A stretch of DNA of 33,405 nucleotides, from the IMG/VR virus record IMGVR_UViG_2778261165_000021; one strand, 5' to 3'. Source of the stretch: a virus. Lineage: Duplodnaviria > Heunggongvirae > Uroviricota > Caudoviricetes. The notes under the pieces were generated by a model. That model worked only from the letters and a program-made list of their open reading frames with translations, was not told where the DNA came from and did no database searches. Below are positions 25,293 to 33,405 of the stretch, piece after piece. The first letter of the stretch is position 1; each line of letters starts with the position of its first letter. The position numbers were made by a program, and so were the translations under genes.

Positions 25293-25892
25293 ATGCTTAT
25301 TGGCTATGTACGCGTGTCAACAAATGACCAGAACACGGAATTGCAGCGTAACGCGCTGGAGTGCGCAGGATGTGAACTGATTTTTGAAGATAAAATCAGC
25401 GGAACGAAATCAGCCAGACCGGGATTGAAAAAACTGCTCAGAACGCTATCAGAAGGAGATACGCTGGTTGTCTGGAAGCTGGACAGGCTGGGCAGGAGTA
25501 TGAAACACCTGATCACGCTTATTGAGGAATTGCGGGAAAAAGGTGTTAATTTCCGTAGTCTGACGGACAGCATTGACACATCAACACCCATGGGGCGTTT
25601 CTTTTTTCACGTCATGGGAGCTTTAGCCGAAATGGAACGTGAATTAATTGTAGAGCGTACACTGGCCGGGCTGGCAGCAGCACGCGCACAAGGACGCATT
25701 GGCGGACGTCGCCCGAAGTTGACAAAAGAACAACACGAGCAAATAGCGAGGCTGATTAAAAACGGTCATGACAGGAAACAACTGGCGATCATTTACGACA
25801 TCGGCATATCGACGATTTATCGTTATCACCCTGTAGGCGATATACAGGCTGAAGAAACAACCAGGCAGACTCAGGAAAATGAAAACCGCTAA
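25293..25892 (+). CDS. Serine DNA invertase (Hin/Gin/Pin/Cin family)
   Basis: MLIGYVRVSTNDQN catalytic-serine N-terminus, resolvase core, C-terminal HTH (GISTIYRY). AGGGGG RBS 7 nt upstream of ATG 25293 (track start 25287). Confidence 0.9.
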   Translation: MLIGYVRVSTNDQNTELQRNALECAGCELIFEDKISGTKSARPGLKKLLRTLSEGDTLVVWKLDRLGRSMKHLITLIEELREKGVNFRSLTDSIDTSTPMGRFFFHVMGALAEMERELIVERTLAGLAAARAQGRIGGRRPKLTKEQHEQIARLIKNGHDRKQLAIIYDIGISTIYRYHPVGDIQAEETTRQTQENENR

Positions 25893-25911
25893 TCTGACCA
25901 TTAGCGGTTTT
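25882..25911. terminator. Bidirectional hairpin terminator between convergent invertase and U genes
   Basis: 12-bp stem AAAACCGCTAAT / ATTAGCGGTTTT with 6-nt loop; T-rich on both flanks; overlaps the invertase stop codon. Confidence 0.5.
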
Positions 25912-25918
25912 GCGTTAA

Positions 25919-26413
25919 TCAAAACAGCCCTTTAACGGAGCTGGCCGCGCTGTTAAGGGATGATGTGACCTTATCTTTGAAGCCGGACAGCATATCACTG
26001 AACGATGAGGATTGCAGGCGCTCCCGCAAATCCTCATCACAGCGTTCAAGAGTCAGTGAAAATTCTATCTTTTTCGCCTTACCGTAGCGATCAAACTCGG
26101 AGCGGGTCGTATTCGTTCCGGTCAGGACATACATGCCGTAAATCTGCCCGACACCATCAATCAGAGGCCAGGGGCGTCCTGTATATGCCTGCGTGGTCAG
26201 CAACGAAAGCGACACTTCGCCACCTGTAATTTCAGGATAAAGCACACCAGAAAGAACGATGCGATCATCGCCTGCCCCGATATACTGCCAGCTTGCTGAA
26301 CGGTTAACGCGTTCATTTTTCACATGCCGCCAGCTTTTGTTTTGCTGTAACTGCTGATGCGGCAACGTGCGCAGCTCAAAAACAAACATGCCGTAGATCA
26401 TCATCATGGCCAT
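25919..26413 (-). CDS. U: Tail protein U
   Basis: 164 aa; MAMMMIYGMFVFELRT, IYGMYVL and KIEFSLTLERCDE parallel P2 gpU as recalled. Confidence 0.8.
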   Translation of the reverse strand: MAMMMIYGMFVFELRTLPHQQLQQNKSWRHVKNERVNRSASWQYIGAGDDRIVLSGVLYPEITGGEVSLSLLTTQAYTGRPWPLIDGVGQIYGMYVLTGTNTTRSEFDRYGKAKKIEFSLTLERCDEDLRERLQSSSFSDMLSGFKDKVTSSLNSAASSVKGLF

Positions 26414-26419
26414 GACTCC

Positions 26420-29227
26420 TCAATCTTTATCGTAAAAACTGCCACGCCCGGCACGGGCGCGCCGTTCCATTTCTGCCCTGACCATTTCACCGACCAGTTT
26501 CGCCAGTTCGCGGGGATTCTGCGTAACAACGTTATGCAGATGAACATGAATTTCACCACCAAATCCGGAGGCAACAGGCTCCCGGTTACGGGAAGTTACA
26601 GGAACTGATGCCACTGGAGATCGTATGGCCTCCGCCACCGGGCGGGAGCTGGCCGCAACAACAGGGACCAGCGCCGGAGGCAGCGGAGCCGGGACCACGG
26701 GGGTGATATTAATTGCGGGGGCAGGCTTACTGACCTGTGCAATCTTCCGCTCCTGCCACTCCCCACGAACAGCAAGTGCGCGGGGCAAGTTCTTAAAGAC
26801 AATATCGCCGGGGCCAATGCGTTTTTTCGTCTCATCAACCAGCTTACCTGTGTTATCAGCAATTTTGCTGAGTCTGCGTAGCGTCCCGGTATTGCTGTCT
26901 GTGAGCGGTTTGTTGTCTTTGGGTTTATCACCTCCGGTGCCATTGCCATTTTCCACAGGCTTCGGCGGATTGATTTTCGCCAGGTCCCCCTGAAGTAAGG
27001 CAACCTTGTCCTGAAGAATGGCCGCACGCTGTGCGTCTTCGATTTTCTTGCGCGCCCTTTCCGCTTCATCCGGAAGGACGCCAAGTTTTTCAAGTATCCA
27101 CGCCAGCGTATCCAGTAGCATTTTTGCAGGTGTCAGAACAAGTTGTAACGCACCGCCAAGAACGTTACCGAATACCTCGCCAGCACTGGTACATTTATCC
27201 AGCGTTTCCTTGCTGGACTCCATCGGTGACAACAGCGATTTAAACCAGTTAAACACCTGGCTGATCCCGCTTCCGATTGCGTCAAAAACAGGACCAAACC
27301 GTTCAAAGGTTTCGCGCAACGGGGTCAGTCTTTCCATAATCCCACTGAACACCCCGGCATAAAACGCCTTGATGGGTTCCCAGTATTTCCAGATGAGAAC
27401 CGCCGCAGCCACAAACGCAGCAGCAATCAACCCGACCGGACTGAACAGCGCCCCGATAGCACCTCCCAGCAAAGAAACGGAACCCGTCACCATTCCCCAT
27501 AGTGCTGGCAGGACCCTGACAGCATTCATTGATCCGGTCAGGAGAGAAAAACCAAGACGCAGTTTTGCCAGCGGGCCAGCAAGCACACCAATAGCCAGCG
27601 ACAACGAGCCAACCGTTGCAGTCATTGCCAGCAACGCACCGCCTGCAATCAGTAGCTGGCGCGTCAGTGCGGGATGGGCCTGCGCCAGCGCCGTCACCTT
27701 TGAGACCACTCGCGTGAGCCACTGCGTGACAGAACGCAGCGGACCGTCAATCAGATCTGCAATGCGGATGCGCAACCCTTCCCATGCACTGCTGAGTGAT
27801 TTCAGATCGCCGTCAAGGTTGTTGGCCATAACCTTTGCCGTGCGTTCAGCCTCACCGCGCGCGCCTTCAAGTTCTTTTCTCAGTTTGGGTAAGGAACCGT
27901 CACCCGCTGCATCAACGAGCGCCATAAACGATGTGAAAGCCTCTTCTCCGGCAATGTCCTTAAAGAACGATACCCGGTCAACTTCCCCGTATTTGCGGGT
28001 GGCTTTATAAAGGTCGGCCAGCACATCCTCCATCGGGCGCATTTTGCCCCCGGCATCCGAGACGGACACGCCCAGCTCTTTCAGAGCTTCTGCCGCCGCC
28101 TTTGGCGGTGATGCCAGACGAGCCAGGCTGGTACGCATTGCCGTCCCGGCATCACTCCCTCTGATGCCCATATTCGCCAGCACGCCAGCCATCGCTGCGG
28201 CCTGCTCCAGCGATATTCCCAGCTTACCCGCTACCGGACCTGCATATTTCATGGTTTCGCCCAGTGCGCGAAGGTCAGTGTTGGTTCGGGTAAACGCTGC
28301 GGTGAGTGTGTCACCGACCCGGTCCATCTGGTCAGCAGAAAGGCCGAACTGCGTCAGGATATTTGAGCCAATATCCGCCGTCTCGCCGAGATCCATACCG
28401 CCAGCTGTTGCCATGCTCAGCACGCCGGGAAGCGCAGCCTGAATGGCCTGCGGTGTGAAGCCAGCCATTGCAAGAAATGCCTGCCCACTGGCGGCATCGC
28501 CTGCAGTGAACTGCGTTTCAGAGCCAAGTTTTAACGCCTGTTCACGCAGCGCCTTAAACTGCGGGCTGTTCTGGTCGATTCGCGTCAGCGCCTGAACGCG
28601 GGACATCTCTTTCCCGAACCCGATCGCAGGCTGCAAAAAACGCCCGGCAGCATAGCCGCCCGCCGCTACCGCACCAATTGCCAGCGCACCACCTGTTTTC
28701 AGTTTTCCCGCGGTTTCCTGCGCGCGCGAATACCGCTCACGCGCCCGCGTTACACGCGCAAGCGCCTGCCGTTCGCGTTCAAGCTGGTTGTTGTACTGTT
28801 CGGTGCGTCTGATGGCCTGCTGGATGGTGTTATCGCTGCCTGTCAGGGAAATGCCGTGGCGTTTCAGCTCTCCGCCAAGCTCCCGCATTTTCTGAATTTC
28901 CCGTGTGCGCGATTCATTCAGGCGTTCAAGCCGGGTGCTTAACTGCTGCATCAGCTTTTGTTGTTTTTCGCTGAGCACTGTCCCCGTGCGTTGTAACTGA
29001 TTAAGGGCGTTAAGCTGGCGTCGTGCTTTCACGATGCCCGCATCCGCTTTACTGACAGCGTCACGGGCGCGCTCAAATGAACGCGCCTGACGCTCGAGAT
29101 TTTTGATCGCCCCCTGCGTTCGCTGGATGGAGTCACCAAACTGCCCCATCAGGCGGCGGGCGTTTTCGGCAGGCTGGGTCAGCCTGTCAACGGCGCTGAA
29201 AGCGACCCGGATATCAAGAGTCTTCAT
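26420..29227 (-). CDS. T: Tail tape-measure protein (P2 T-like)
   Basis: About 935 aa from ATG at 29227 (track ORF to 29263); long coiled-coil N-terminal half, Gly/Ala-rich hydrophobic middle. Start overlaps the E' stop. Confidence 0.85.
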   Translation of the reverse strand: MKTLDIRVAFSAVDRLTQPAENARRLMGQFGDSIQRTQGAIKNLERQARSFERARDAVSKADAGIVKARRQLNALNQLQRTGTVLSEKQQKLMQQLSTRLERLNESRTREIQKMRELGGELKRHGISLTGSDNTIQQAIRRTEQYNNQLERERQALARVTRARERYSRAQETAGKLKTGGALAIGAVAAGGYAAGRFLQPAIGFGKEMSRVQALTRIDQNSPQFKALREQALKLGSETQFTAGDAASGQAFLAMAGFTPQAIQAALPGVLSMATAGGMDLGETADIGSNILTQFGLSADQMDRVGDTLTAAFTRTNTDLRALGETMKYAGPVAGKLGISLEQAAAMAGVLANMGIRGSDAGTAMRTSLARLASPPKAAAEALKELGVSVSDAGGKMRPMEDVLADLYKATRKYGEVDRVSFFKDIAGEEAFTSFMALVDAAGDGSLPKLRKELEGARGEAERTAKVMANNLDGDLKSLSSAWEGLRIRIADLIDGPLRSVTQWLTRVVSKVTALAQAHPALTRQLLIAGGALLAMTATVGSLSLAIGVLAGPLAKLRLGFSLLTGSMNAVRVLPALWGMVTGSVSLLGGAIGALFSPVGLIAAAFVAAAVLIWKYWEPIKAFYAGVFSGIMERLTPLRETFERFGPVFDAIGSGISQVFNWFKSLLSPMESSKETLDKCTSAGEVFGNVLGGALQLVLTPAKMLLDTLAWILEKLGVLPDEAERARKKIEDAQRAAILQDKVALLQGDLAKINPPKPVENGNGTGGDKPKDNKPLTDSNTGTLRRLSKIADNTGKLVDETKKRIGPGDIVFKNLPRALAVRGEWQERKIAQVSKPAPAINITPVVPAPLPPALVPVVAASSRPVAEAIRSPVASVPVTSRNREPVASGFGGEIHVHLHNVVTQNPRELAKLVGEMVRAEMERRARAGRGSFYDKD

Positions 29228-29752
29228 TGTCTGCATTCCCGCTGCGAAGTGCCGCCCGCTCACGCCAGCTAACCACTTCGCCGGGCGTCATCATGAAGAT
29301 TTCGGCGGGCGACCAGTTAAAAATGGCGGCGATATCTGCCACCAGATCTTCGATGTGCTCAAAGCACACCAGGGTGATTACGCTGCCGTCTCCTGCACGC
29401 TCTTCGCGCCAGAGTCTGGCTCGCTCATAAAATTTACAGCCACAGCGCACAACTGAATAAAATCGCGTGACGACATTTTTTTAATCATCACTTCATCCAG
29501 TCGTGGCGAGGTCACGCGAGGCAACAGCGTGAACATGGTATCCGCTTTCAGATTCAGCACATCAGACAGCGACAGACCACGCAGGGATCCAGCCTGTTCA
29601 ATAGCCCCGGTGATCTCCACATACGTGATTTTTTCGCCACCACGCTCAATTGGTCGGGTCAGTTTTACGCCACGTTCGACAGCCATATCCTCACCTGCCG
29701 TCACATCATCCACCACGGTGTTATTCCGGGTTTCAGTATCGATGTCTTTCAT
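29214..29752 (-). CDS. Tail assembly chaperone E+E' (predicted -1 frameshift product)
   Basis: The -1 frame relative to E is open from the A7 run (plus-strand T7 at 29476-29482) down to the stop at 29214; extension contains FYERARLWREERAGDGSVITLVCFEH, recalled from P2 E'. Slip position inferred. Confidence 0.55.
29378..29752 (-). CDS. E: Tail assembly chaperone E
   Basis: 124-aa ORF with AAGGAG RBS upstream of ATG 29752; position between FII and T as in P2. Confidence 0.7.
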   Translation of the reverse strand: MKDIDTETRNNTVVDDVTAGEDMAVERGVKLTRPIERGGEKITYVEITGAIEQAGSLRGLSLSDVLNLKADTMFTLLPRVTSPRLDEVMIKKMSSRDFIQLCAVAVNFMSEPDSGAKSVQETAA

Positions 29753-29807
29753 CAGTTTTCTCCTTTTCAGTCAGAGGCGACGCACTGCGCCGCCTGCATA
29801 TTACTTA

Positions 29808-30320
29808 TCAGCCAAGCCCGAGCGCGGAACGGATACGGTCAGGCACAATGTCCTTGCCGTCCTTCCGGTAGATGTGGTTCAACAGGTCGATTTCCCACAG
29901 CGGGCGATCGTTAACGCTCAGCTTGTAGTAGGTGTTTTTGACAGCGTAAGTGTGTGATGTGGCTTCGCCCTGTTTGGCTTCCCCCATATCAATTTCCGTC
30001 ACACGTCCGCGCATCTCGATTTCATACAGATCGCTTTCTGCATCGGTGTAGTATTCACCCGCAAAACGCAGCAGCGTGCCGTCAATCGTGCCGCCATATT
30101 TAAGGAACAGCGCACGAACAGCTCCCCCCATGACAAAACTCGCATCAAGCGCGGAGTCGTCCAGACCGAGATCAATACTTACCGCCCCCATCATGCCACC
30201 ACCACGATAGCTGTCGGTTTTGCGCGTCAGTTTGGGCGGCGTGACGGATGTCACTTTACCCACTTCGTTTTCACCATCCACAAACAACGTAAAAAAGCGA
30301 AGATGTTTTGGTACAGCCAT
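29808..30320 (-). CDS. FII: Tail tube protein (P2 FII-like)
   Basis: 170 aa; LTRKTDSYRGGGMMGAVSIDLGLDD and RGRVTEIDMGEAKQGE blocks parallel P2 gpFII as recalled. Confidence 0.9.
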   Translation of the reverse strand: MAVPKHLRFFTLFVDGENEVGKVTSVTPPKLTRKTDSYRGGGMMGAVSIDLGLDDSALDASFVMGGAVRALFLKYGGTIDGTLLRFAGEYYTDAESDLYEIEMRGRVTEIDMGEAKQGEATSHTYAVKNTYYKLSVNDRPLWEIDLLNHIYRKDGKDIVPDRIRSALGLG

Positions 30321-31504
30321 CAGGCACCTCCCAGCACCGCAAATGCGGGACCAAAGAATTCATCAGTAAACGTCTGGTAAAGCTCCATGTCTTCCAGCGG
30401 GGGAACAGGCGTATATTTGTAGCGAATACGCACACGTCCCTGACGTAAATTCGTGGTGCCGTTATCCACCACGTCATACCAGCACTCCGCACCAATCAGT
30501 TTCCCGGCAGTAACCAGCGAATCCAGTTTTGCCCTGATGGCGCTGATAACATCCTTCACGTTCGCAGGTGTCAGTGGACTGTCGATGGTTTCAAACTGCG
30601 CTTCCGCAATTGAATCAGCCAGCACCTGTGCGGTTCGGGTATACACCTCAAAGATGTAGGCGTTCGTTTCCGGTGTGCGGTTGCCCCAGAAGCGGAACCC
30701 GTTGCGACGAATAATGGTCGTGATTTCTTTGTTGTTGAGGCTGTTGGCATCGCTGTCTTCGGCCTGCAACGACCAGAACACATGCCTGGACATCCCCAGC
30801 ACATTTTTAACCGGAACGTTGGACAGCGATTTGTGCCAGCCCTGTTCATGGTCAATGTACGCACGAAGGCCGCACGCATAGGCAGGCGCGGGGAACGTTT
30901 CGTTTTCGCCACTTTTCGGGTTGTAGGCGATGAAGTCCGGCCATAAGAGCATCACTTCACGTTCGTTGAATTTCTGGCGGTAGGTAATCGCTTCAGCCAT
31001 CGTGTTACAGCCGTGACATGAGGCATACACAAATGCGCGCAGTTTACCCGCAATCACGCACAGGGATTTTGTCACCGCCTCCGTGTCCAGCTCCGGCGCG
31101 GCCAGAATACGCGGACGGTATCCGATGCTTTCATCCTGCTCTGCAACAAGCAGCGCATACATCCCCGTATAGCTGCCGTCATCCTCAGAACCACCGATAA
31201 CCAGTTGATCCTGCGTCTTTTCGTCTTCTTCTTTGTGTTCAGCCACGCGAACGACGATCACCTTTGTGCTCACCTGGTCTGCGATGGCCTTAAGCGCACG
31301 ATAAAGCGTCCCCGTTGTCCCGCATTTCCCCAGCACGTCATTGACGCGGGTCAGCAGTGTGGGCTTGTTCAGCGGGAACAGCTTCGCGTCCGCATCATCC
31401 GCCGTTGCCACGATACCGATAACGCTGGAATCAACATCGTTAATCGCTGTTACCAGGTCGGTATTTTCCGTAACACGGGCACCATGAAAACGAGTTTCAC
31501 TCAT
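30320..31504 (-). CDS. FI: Contractile tail sheath protein (P2 FI-like)
   Basis: 394 aa; FPLNKP, KLRAF, WPDF, EQGWHKSLSNV, IRRNGFRFWGNRT, YTRTAQV and YTPVPPLE blocks parallel P2 gpFI as recalled. Confidence 0.9.
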   Translation of the reverse strand: MSETRFHGARVTENTDLVTAINDVDSSVIGIVATADDADAKLFPLNKPTLLTRVNDVLGKCGTTGTLYRALKAIADQVSTKVIVVRVAEHKEEDEKTQDQLVIGGSEDDGSYTGMYALLVAEQDESIGYRPRILAAPELDTEAVTKSLCVIAGKLRAFVYASCHGCNTMAEAITYRQKFNEREVMLLWPDFIAYNPKSGENETFPAPAYACGLRAYIDHEQGWHKSLSNVPVKNVLGMSRHVFWSLQAEDSDANSLNNKEITTIIRRNGFRFWGNRTPETNAYIFEVYTRTAQVLADSIAEAQFETIDSPLTPANVKDVISAIRAKLDSLVTAGKLIGAECWYDVVDNGTTNLRQGRVRIRYKYTPVPPLEDMELYQTFTDEFFGPAFAVLGGA

Positions 31505-31661
31505 AGCTTCAGCCCCTTGTATCCGTTAAATGATTCAGCAACAATCATCACCCACCACGCGCGTAATCTCACCCCTGCGCTATTCTCCCGTCACGGCGAC
31601 AACAAAAAGCAGTAACCCACTCCGCACGCACATGCGACCATGCCGCACAGGGAGGGAACAG
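31505..31661. promoter_or_regulatory. Divergent promoter region between FI (leftward) and D (rightward)
   Basis: 157-bp spacer between divergent start codons; contains palindrome TGATTCAGCAACAATCA (31531-31547). Promoter assignment is by position only. Confidence 0.35.
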
Positions 31662-32771
31662 ATGACCGACACCACCATGCAATTGCTCAGTCAGGGCACA
31701 GACCCCGTGAAAATGCCGGATTTTGATATTCTCGCGGAGGGTAAAACGTTGTCAGGCGTGGCAGAGCGCCTGATGAGCCTGTCACTGACCGACAACCGGG
31801 GATTTGAGGCGGACCAGCTCACCATCACGCTGGATGATGCGGATGGTCAGTTGCAGCTACCGCTACGGGGCGCGCGCCTGACGGTTCTCATTGGCTGGAA
31901 GGGAGAACCGCTGACAGAAAAAGGCACTTACATTGTTGATGAAATCGCTCACGAAGGACCGCCGGACAGGCTGACTGTTTCAGCCAGAAGCGCAGATTTT
32001 CGGGATGAATTTAACGTTAAACGTGAGGTGTCCTGGCATGATGTGACCATTGAGCGTGTGGTATCCGCCATCGCTCATCGGTATGGTCTGAAACCGCAAA
32101 TCAGCGAAATGCTGATGGATATCGAAATCGACCACGCCGACCAGACCGAAGAAAGCGACATGTCCTTCCTTACGCGCATGGCGGAAATGCTGGGCGCAAT
32201 CACCACGGTAAAAAGCGGCAATCTGTTATTCATCATGCCAGGTGGTGGCGTGAACGCACAGGGCCAGCCGTTGCCCTCGTTCGCCATTACACGCAGCAGC
32301 GGCGATCGCCATCAGTTCCGTATTGCTGACCGCGAGGCTTATACGGGGGTACGCGCCTACTGGCTTGATCTTAATTACGGGAAAAAGAAAAAAGTCAGCG
32401 TAAAACGCCGTAAACCGCCAAAACCCAAAAAGGAGAAAAGCAGCAGCCGTGAAGGTGATTATATGGAAGGCGCGGAAGGCAATGTGTTTGTGTTACGCAA
32501 GACTTATCAGAACGAGCAGGCAGCAAGACGCGCAGCGGCGGCAAAGTGGCAGCAACTACAACGCGGAGCCGCAGCGTTCTCCATCACGCTGGCGCGTGGA
32601 CGTGCAGAACTCTACCCCGAAATGCATGGCACGGTAACAGGATTTAAAAGCGAGATTGATAATCAGGACTGGATCATTGCAAAAGCCGAGCACACCATTG
32701 ATAACAGTGGCTTTACCACGCAGCTTGAGCTTGAAGCAAAAATCCCGGAATGGATAGCAGAAACAGAATGA
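31662..32771 (+). CDS. D: Tail protein D
   Basis: About 369 aa from ATG 31662 with GGGAGGG RBS (track ORF 31530 has an implausible leader); position before ogr as in P2. Confidence 0.85.
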   Translation: MTDTTMQLLSQGTDPVKMPDFDILAEGKTLSGVAERLMSLSLTDNRGFEADQLTITLDDADGQLQLPLRGARLTVLIGWKGEPLTEKGTYIVDEIAHEGPPDRLTVSARSADFRDEFNVKREVSWHDVTIERVVSAIAHRYGLKPQISEMLMDIEIDHADQTEESDMSFLTRMAEMLGAITTVKSGNLLFIMPGGGVNAQGQPLPSFAITRSSGDRHQFRIADREAYTGVRAYWLDLNYGKKKKVSVKRRKPPKPKKEKSSSREGDYMEGAEGNVFVLRKTYQNEQAARRAAAAKWQQLQRGAAAFSITLARGRAELYPEMHGTVTGFKSEIDNQDWIIAKAEHTIDNSGFTTQLELEAKIPEWIAETE

Positions 32772-32813
32772 GCAACTTAGAATAGCAGCAGCACCACGTT
32801 AAGGGAGGTCGCT

Positions 32814-33074
32814 ATGTTCCGTTGTCCGCTTTGTGGCGCATCTGCCCGTATCCGCACCAGTCGTTCGGAAAATGATTCAAACACCGTACGGAAAAAATAT
32901 TACCAGTGTAACAACCTGGAATGCGGCATAAGTTTCTCAACACTGGAAGCTTTCCATAAATTCACATCGAAACACGCCCCCGGCGTTCACTCTTCAGAAG
33001 GTATCCCGTGGCATGAGTTGCCAGCTTCACACAGGGGAAACAATCAGATGAGTTTGCCTTTATCTCAGAATTAA
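32814..33074 (+). CDS. ogr: Late gene transcription activator (Ogr/Delta-type zinc finger)
   Basis: MFRCPLCGASARIRTSR...YYQCNNLECG C4 zinc-finger signature matching P2 Ogr; AGGGAGG RBS. Confidence 0.85.
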   Translation: MFRCPLCGASARIRTSRSENDSNTVRKKYYQCNNLECGISFSTLEAFHKFTSKHAPGVHSSEGIPWHELPASHRGNNQMSLPLSQN

Positions 33075-33264
33075 CAGGCAGAATTGCCGGAGTAACAAAA
33101 AAGCGATAGATTACGCGCGGGTGCCTTTCGGCTGATGGTCGGAGGGAATACCCGAAGGCCAGATGTGGAAAGGCCCCGGAAAACATTTCTGTTTAACCGA
33201 GGCCCTAACCGTCTAACCTTAGCAAGTGATAGGTTAGCGCCTCCCTGAAAAAGGAGCAAGCGCT

Positions 33265-33405
33265 ATGTCGCAAAAATCGCTTACGGCCATCACGTTCTGC
33301 GTGACGGCAATCCTCATCATCTGGATGCTGCACGGTTCGCTGTGCGAAATACGGATGAGCTTCTGGGGAGCGGAGTTTGCGGCGTTCTTACAGTGTAAGC
33401 AGTAA
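33265..33405 (+). CDS. Hok/Gef-family small membrane toxin (type I toxin-antitoxin)
   Basis: 46 aa: MSQKSLTAITFCVTAILIIWMLHGSLCEIRMSFWGAEFAAFLQCKQ. N-terminal TM helix, then conserved SLCE and (E)xAAF blocks as in Hok/HokA. AAGGAG RBS 8 nt upstream. Ends on the last base of the window. Confidence 0.6.
   Translation: MSQKSLTAITFCVTAILIIWMLHGSLCEIRMSFWGAEFAAFLQCKQ

Noticed and set aside
25884-25918. Possible third hix-like site at the invertase/U junction that could explain the FI-U inversion
   Set aside because: The sequence has only a GGTTTT half-site-like stretch and lacks the AAACC half and core arrangement; it is better explained as a hairpin terminator.
26596-28442. Multiple overlapping ORFs on both strands within the tape-measure gene
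   Set aside because: Alternative frames of the long, Ala/Gly-rich gene T; compositional artefacts.

Overview
This window reads as an essentially complete P2-like temperate myovirus genome or prophage (about 33.4 kb). It is gene-bounded, running from the stop codon of a P2-type integrase at position 1 to a Hok-like ORF that ends on the last base. Layout: int and C repressor (minus) facing cox (plus); ten small early ORFs with no recognisable P2 B homologue; rolling-circle initiator A; an accessory island between A and the portal gene; Q-P (minus) and O-N-M-L-X head and packaging genes; a holin / M15-peptidase endolysin / spanin lysis cassette; R-S-V-W-J-I-H-G tail, baseplate and fibre genes; a roughly 1.8 kb Hin/Gin-type invertible tail-fibre segment with its serine invertase; the sheath/tube/tape-measure block FI-FII-E/E'-T-U on the minus strand; D and ogr on the plus strand; and a Hok/Gef-family toxin ORF at the right edge. 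The most unusual content is the A-Q accessory island, which carries a ParM/ParR-like actin-type partition pair with a palindromic candidate centromere, followed by two tandem Ea22-like genes. Other points worth a second look are the inverted orientation of the FI-U block relative to canonical P2 order, a structured non-coding region at 4090-4411, and repeat arrays in the cos-proximal spacer. All homology calls come from motifs read in the translations and recollection of P2-family proteins; no database search or computation was possible, so boundaries and names are provisional.
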